From IMG/VR virus record IMGVR_UViG_3300009566_000010, positions 1 to 27,429 of that record: a stretch of 27,429 nucleotides of DNA; one strand, 5' to 3'. This DNA comes from a virus (taxonomy: Duplodnaviria > Caudoviricetes). A model generated the notes under the pieces. The model was not told the origin of the DNA. It searched no databases and saw nothing but the letters and a program-made list of their open reading frames with translations. Positions 24,178 to 27,429 of this stretch are shown here, piece after piece. Positions within the stretch are counted from its first letter, which is position 1. The number at the start of each line of letters is the position of its first letter. The translations under genes were made by a program, and so were the position numbers.

Positions 24178-26091
24178 TTAAGAATTTAAAAGTTTATCAA
24201 TTTCATCTTCATAATAGCTATCATTTGAGTAATTGTCATCGATTGCTTCATCTAAATATCTTATTTCTTTATAATTCAGCAATTTGCCATCAGTCTTCTG
24301 TCTACTATCATTTAGAGAATTATTAACTTGCTGTGTTAATGTTTTTTGCAAATTTTTACGTAATTCCGTTGATTCGTGGCGAATTTCTAAATCATTCTCC
24401 TGGCGAATTGTATGGTCTTTGCCTGTACCAATGTAGCATAAGTCACCTTCACGCGGGGTGAGTTCATCGAACCAATTTGCATCGAATTCTTTGAATAAAT
24501 AAGCTTTCCTGCCGTCAAGCACCGCAACTACTTGCCTGCCTTGGAATTGAGATAAATATTCGCAATGTATATTATAACTTAAATTATCTTCAACAAATGT
24601 TACATAACCAAGCCCGGCTGTGACTCTATGCTTCTTGCTATCATCAGCAATTGCATAAGCTTCGTAAGCTTTTGCAACTTCGGGGATATTGAATTGATTA
24701 GCTGTAGTAGCCGATTCCAGCAACAGCTTTTTCTGGACTTTTTCTGTATTTATTTGAAAATCGGTAATATTAAATTTGCCACCATAAAATTGCCAGGCGC
24801 TTAAAATCGTTGGGGCTTGCTTATATTTTTTTGAAAAATAACGGAATTGACTGCCCTGCACACGATTTACGTAATCTGTATAAATCCAGTAGAGGAAATT
24901 TTGAAATGCTTCGGTGTATTGGGGAGCATTTAGTAAGGCTACCGAAGGAGTTGAGCCGAGTTCGTGAGTAACAGAACGGCTATCACGTGTTCCGATGTAA
25001 GCAAATGGATAGCATTCGGATTGATGTCTATTTAATTCATCAAACATCCTTTCAATTACTGCTTTAAAGGGAAATCGTGGAATTTTAGCGAGTGGATATA
25101 AATAAGGGTCGGTTTGGCCTCCAAAGAGTTTTTTGCGGAATTCAAAATGCTCGAATTGGTCTAATTCTTCAGGGTTATACCAACTTTTGATATAATTTCG
25201 CAATTCCGCAGACCGGAAAGCTGAGCCATTATCCATCAGCACGCCCATGCTAGGTTTACCGTGAATTTCGAGGCATTGCGCAAAAGCTTTCGAAATATCT
25301 TGCACGGATTCACCTTTTTCGAGCATTTGCACATAAAGTGGCATTCGTGTAATACCATCCAGGATTAACAAATAACTGACTGTTTGCTTTTTGCCATCTT
25401 TATCTGTCCAAACATCAAATTGGGTTGCATCTACAATCCATATCAATCCTGCACCGAAGCCCTGCCCGAGCAAGCCGATATTTTCAAATAACTCTATATA
25501 TTCATAGCTATTATAAGGTAATGCGCCGTTTAGTTCATTGACTTTATGCACGGATTCCCATGCTAATTGCCAATTTTCTTTGTGCGCGTAGCCGACCCAA
25601 TAGCCATCTTTTCTTGTTATTCTTTTAGAATAAAAATACCAAAGGAATTTTTCAATTTTTAAATCGGGATTTTTGCCTCTTTGTTCTAATTCGCTTTTGA
25701 TATCTTGCCAATAATCCTGCACAGCCCAGCGCGTGCAGAGTTCGATATTATCGCGCCGAGCTTGATTAAGGTAGTAATTATATGCTTGATTTTTAATTTT
25801 TAATTCGAGAGCTTCCGAGATATAGCGATTTTTACCGCGTCCCGAATAGGTGCGTTTTGCAGATAATTTCGGTTTAGTTTCCTGCTCGATTTTTTGGTAT
25901 AATTTAGCTTGTGGAAATAGCTCGAGTACTGATTTATTATAGAATTTTTGGGGACGACCGCCGCTGGAGCGGATGTCGTGGAGGTATTTATCAGCATAAA
26001 TCAATTTCTTAGCAACAGCACGCCTTGATATCTGAACTATTTCTGCAATCTGCTCGGCTGTAAGACAATTATTTGATTCTAAAGTAAGCAT
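24178..26091 (-). CDS. MuA-like DDE transposase
   Basis: N-terminal HTH plus GGRP wing; D (WIVDAT), D (LMDNGSAF), E (KAVIERMF); 637 aa; directly after the Ner-like gene. Confidence 0.88.
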   Translation of the reverse strand: MLTLESNNCLTAEQIAEIVQISRRAVAKKLIYADKYLHDIRSSGGRPQKFYNKSVLELFPQAKLYQKIEQETKPKLSAKRTYSGRGKNRYISEALELKIKNQAYNYYLNQARRDNIELCTRWAVQDYWQDIKSELEQRGKNPDLKIEKFLWYFYSKRITRKDGYWVGYAHKENWQLAWESVHKVNELNGALPYNSYEYIELFENIGLLGQGFGAGLIWIVDATQFDVWTDKDGKKQTVSYLLILDGITRMPLYVQMLEKGESVQDISKAFAQCLEIHGKPSMGVLMDNGSAFRSAELRNYIKSWYNPEELDQFEHFEFRKKLFGGQTDPYLYPLAKIPRFPFKAVIERMFDELNRHQSECYPFAYIGTRDSRSVTHELGSTPSVALLNAPQYTEAFQNFLYWIYTDYVNRVQGSQFRYFSKKYKQAPTILSAWQFYGGKFNITDFQINTEKVQKKLLLESATTANQFNIPEVAKAYEAYAIADDSKKHRVTAGLGYVTFVEDNLSYNIHCEYLSQFQGRQVVAVLDGRKAYLFKEFDANWFDELTPREGDLCYIGTGKDHTIRQENDLEIRHESTELRKNLQKTLTQQVNNSLNDSRQKTDGKLLNYKEIRYLDEAIDDNYSNDSYYEDEIDKLLNS

Positions 26092-26113
26092 TATTCAATA
26101 CCCCCTAAAAAAA

Positions 26114-26314
26114 TCATCTAATTCGTAATCTTTCATATTCACGCTCCCGTTGTTTGCGTTTTTGATTGAATATTTTTAACATTTCTGGATTATTTCTTAA
26201 AAATATTTGCTGATATACATTCTGCACGGTCACGTGCTTTTCGAGTGCAATTTCTGTCAAAATACCTCTTAGGGGATGTTTGCGTAAATTCATTTTATTC
26301 TTTTGATTTTGCAT
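26114..26314 (-). CDS. Ner/Cro-like small HTH regulator
   Basis: 'GILTEIALEKHVTVQNVYQ' HTH; divergent from the repressor, first early gene. Confidence 0.65.
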   Translation of the reverse strand: MQNQKNKMNLRKHPLRGILTEIALEKHVTVQNVYQQIFLRNNPEMLKIFNQKRKQREREYERLRIR

Positions 26315-26445
26315 AATTTTGAAGTTTCGATTTAAACTATTATTAAATTGATTTTAATTACAAATACAAAATTAAATAAATTGATTTAAATAACAAGCGA
26401 TTTTTTAATCAAAATATAGATTTTTTAATAAAAATATTTAAAAAT
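26315..26445. promoter_or_regulatory. Lysis/lysogeny switch region
   Basis: TAATTTTG on the - strand (26374-26367); TAAATTGATTT at 26344-26354 and 26377-26387; GATTTTTTAAT twice near 26399-26429. Confidence 0.55.
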
Positions 26446-27108
26446 ATGAATATCGGAGATAGAATCCGTGAATTTGGATTAAGTAAATTCGAGACCCTGA
26501 CTGCATTTGCATTAAATTTAGGAACATCTCCTCAAAGTTTAAATCAATATATTAATGGAGATAGAATGCCAGGTTCTAATATTTTAAATAAATTATCTGA
26601 CTTAGGTTGTAGTATTGATTGGTTGTTAACAGGAGAAGGGGATATGTTAAAGCAAAATTTAGAGCCAAATATTACTTCAATTACTCAATTAAAATCTGAT
26701 GAAGGCGTTCCGTTTTATGAAATAGACGTTACAGGTAGTATTGTCGAGAGCTTTAACGATATTCGAGAAGAACCTGCATTTTATGTTAATTATAAACCAT
26801 TCAATGATTGTTTAGCTTATTTACCGATTTTTGGGGACAGTATGTCACCTACATATTCAGGCGGCGATGTCATTGCTATAAAATCTGTGTCTAATTATGA
26901 AGCAATATTGTGGGGAGAAGCTTATCTTATTATAACTAACGCAAATGCCAATAATTTAAGAACCGTGAAATTATTATATCCGCATAAAAATAAAGATAAG
27001 GTAATTTTAAGAGCTATCAATCCGAAATACCACGGCGATACTGTAATAAATAAGGAAGATATACTAAATTTATTTATTATCAAAGGGGTTATAAAACAGA
27101 ATATGTAA
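26446..27108 (+). CDS. CI-like repressor (XRE HTH + S24 peptidase)
   Basis: HTH ending 'SIDWLLTGEG'; catalytic Ser (GDSMSP) and Lys (RTVKLL). Confidence 0.92.
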   Translation: MNIGDRIREFGLSKFETLTAFALNLGTSPQSLNQYINGDRMPGSNILNKLSDLGCSIDWLLTGEGDMLKQNLEPNITSITQLKSDEGVPFYEIDVTGSIVESFNDIREEPAFYVNYKPFNDCLAYLPIFGDSMSPTYSGGDVIAIKSVSNYEAILWGEAYLIITNANANNLRTVKLLYPHKNKDKVILRAINPKYHGDTVINKEDILNLFIIKGVIKQNM

Positions 27109-27228
27109 TTTGAAAACTGTTACCAAAAAATGGTTCCAAAAGTTCCAAAAGTTTTTGAAAACTGTTACCAAAAAATGGTTCCAAAAGTTCCAAAAGTCAG
27201 TTCCAAAAGTTCCAAAAGTTCCAAAAGT
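27109..27228. repeat. Subterminal repeat array: 45-bp tandem duplication, 7x GTTCCAAAA and 2x GTTACCAAAA
   Basis: Units start at 27109 and 27154; 9-mers at 27133, 27142, 27178, 27187, 27200, 27209 and 27218. Confidence 0.9.
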
Positions 27229-27359
27229 CTGGGCAATTTTTATGACAGCAGGAAAATGCGGGAAGAGGGAGAATGCAGTATTTATAAGGATGTAGCGGGA
27301 TTAGTGTATAGGATAGCGTAATGTGATGGGGTGGAATATATAGGTGCGGGCTATATTAA

Positions 27360-27424
27360 TTTGGTAAACTATATTTGGAAAGGCACACCCACACACATAT
27401 AGTTTACAGAATTATTTGGTAACA
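27360..27424 (-). other. Candidate phage terminus 5'-TGTTACCAAAT... with transposase-binding-like sites
   Basis: - strand starts TG-TTACCAAAT, then TTTCCAAAT and TTTACCAAAT; same motif as the inner array but inverted. Confidence 0.6.
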
Positions 27425-27429
27425 AACAA

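Larger units (their letters stand above)
1..27424. mobile_element. Mu-like transposable prophage/phage, probably non-contractile tail; truncated at the left edge of the window
   Basis: DDE transposase with N-terminal HTH beside a repressor/Ner pair, GemA- and Gam-like genes, MuF, DUF935-like portal, TerL, capsid, lysis genes, tail chaperone and tape measure; candidate terminus ending in CA at 27423-27424. Confidence 0.9.

Noticed and set aside
23413-24189. + strand ORFs 23413..23919, 23744..24001 and 23992..24189 (and similar short antisense ORFs throughout)
   Set aside because: They overlap well-supported, tightly packed genes on the opposite strand and show no recognisable motifs
27109-27228. 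Possible CRISPR array
   Set aside because: Repeats are directly tandem with no unique spacers, and there are no cas genes
27110-27321. ORFs 27110..27295 and 27130..27321
   Set aside because: Low-complexity translations of the 9/45-bp repeat array, which lacks stop codons

Overview
The whole window is one AT-rich, Mu-like (DDE-transposase) temperate phage or prophage. Reading right to left: a probable genome end (...TTTGGTAACA at 27424, next to GTT(A)CCAAAA repeats), a CI-like S24 repressor and a divergent Ner/Cro-like gene, and a MuA-like transposase with no MuB ATPase visible. The early operon continues with GemA-like, Gam-like, ParB-domain, DnaA-domain-IV-like and zinc-ribbon genes, then MuF. 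Next come two accessory cassettes, each headed by a duplicated ~220-bp terminator/operator/promoter unit, then a + strand packaging block (TerS, TerL, adaptor, DUF935-like portal, gpG-like). A - strand scaffold/capsid/lysis/tail block ends in a tape measure gene that runs off the left edge; no sheath gene is seen. TAnnTTTG promoter motifs suggest a Bacteroidota-related (FCB) host (inference). The most unusual signal is a GTAG-footed REP-like palindrome present six times: three copies sit in-frame, same strand and same frame (peptide PSS[T/I]SVS), in three nearby DNA-transaction genes including the ParB gene. Also notable are the duplicated cassette unit, whose homology extends into the MuF 3' end, and a clean -1 frameshift site in the tail chaperone gene. 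All product calls come from motif recognition and gene context, not database searches.
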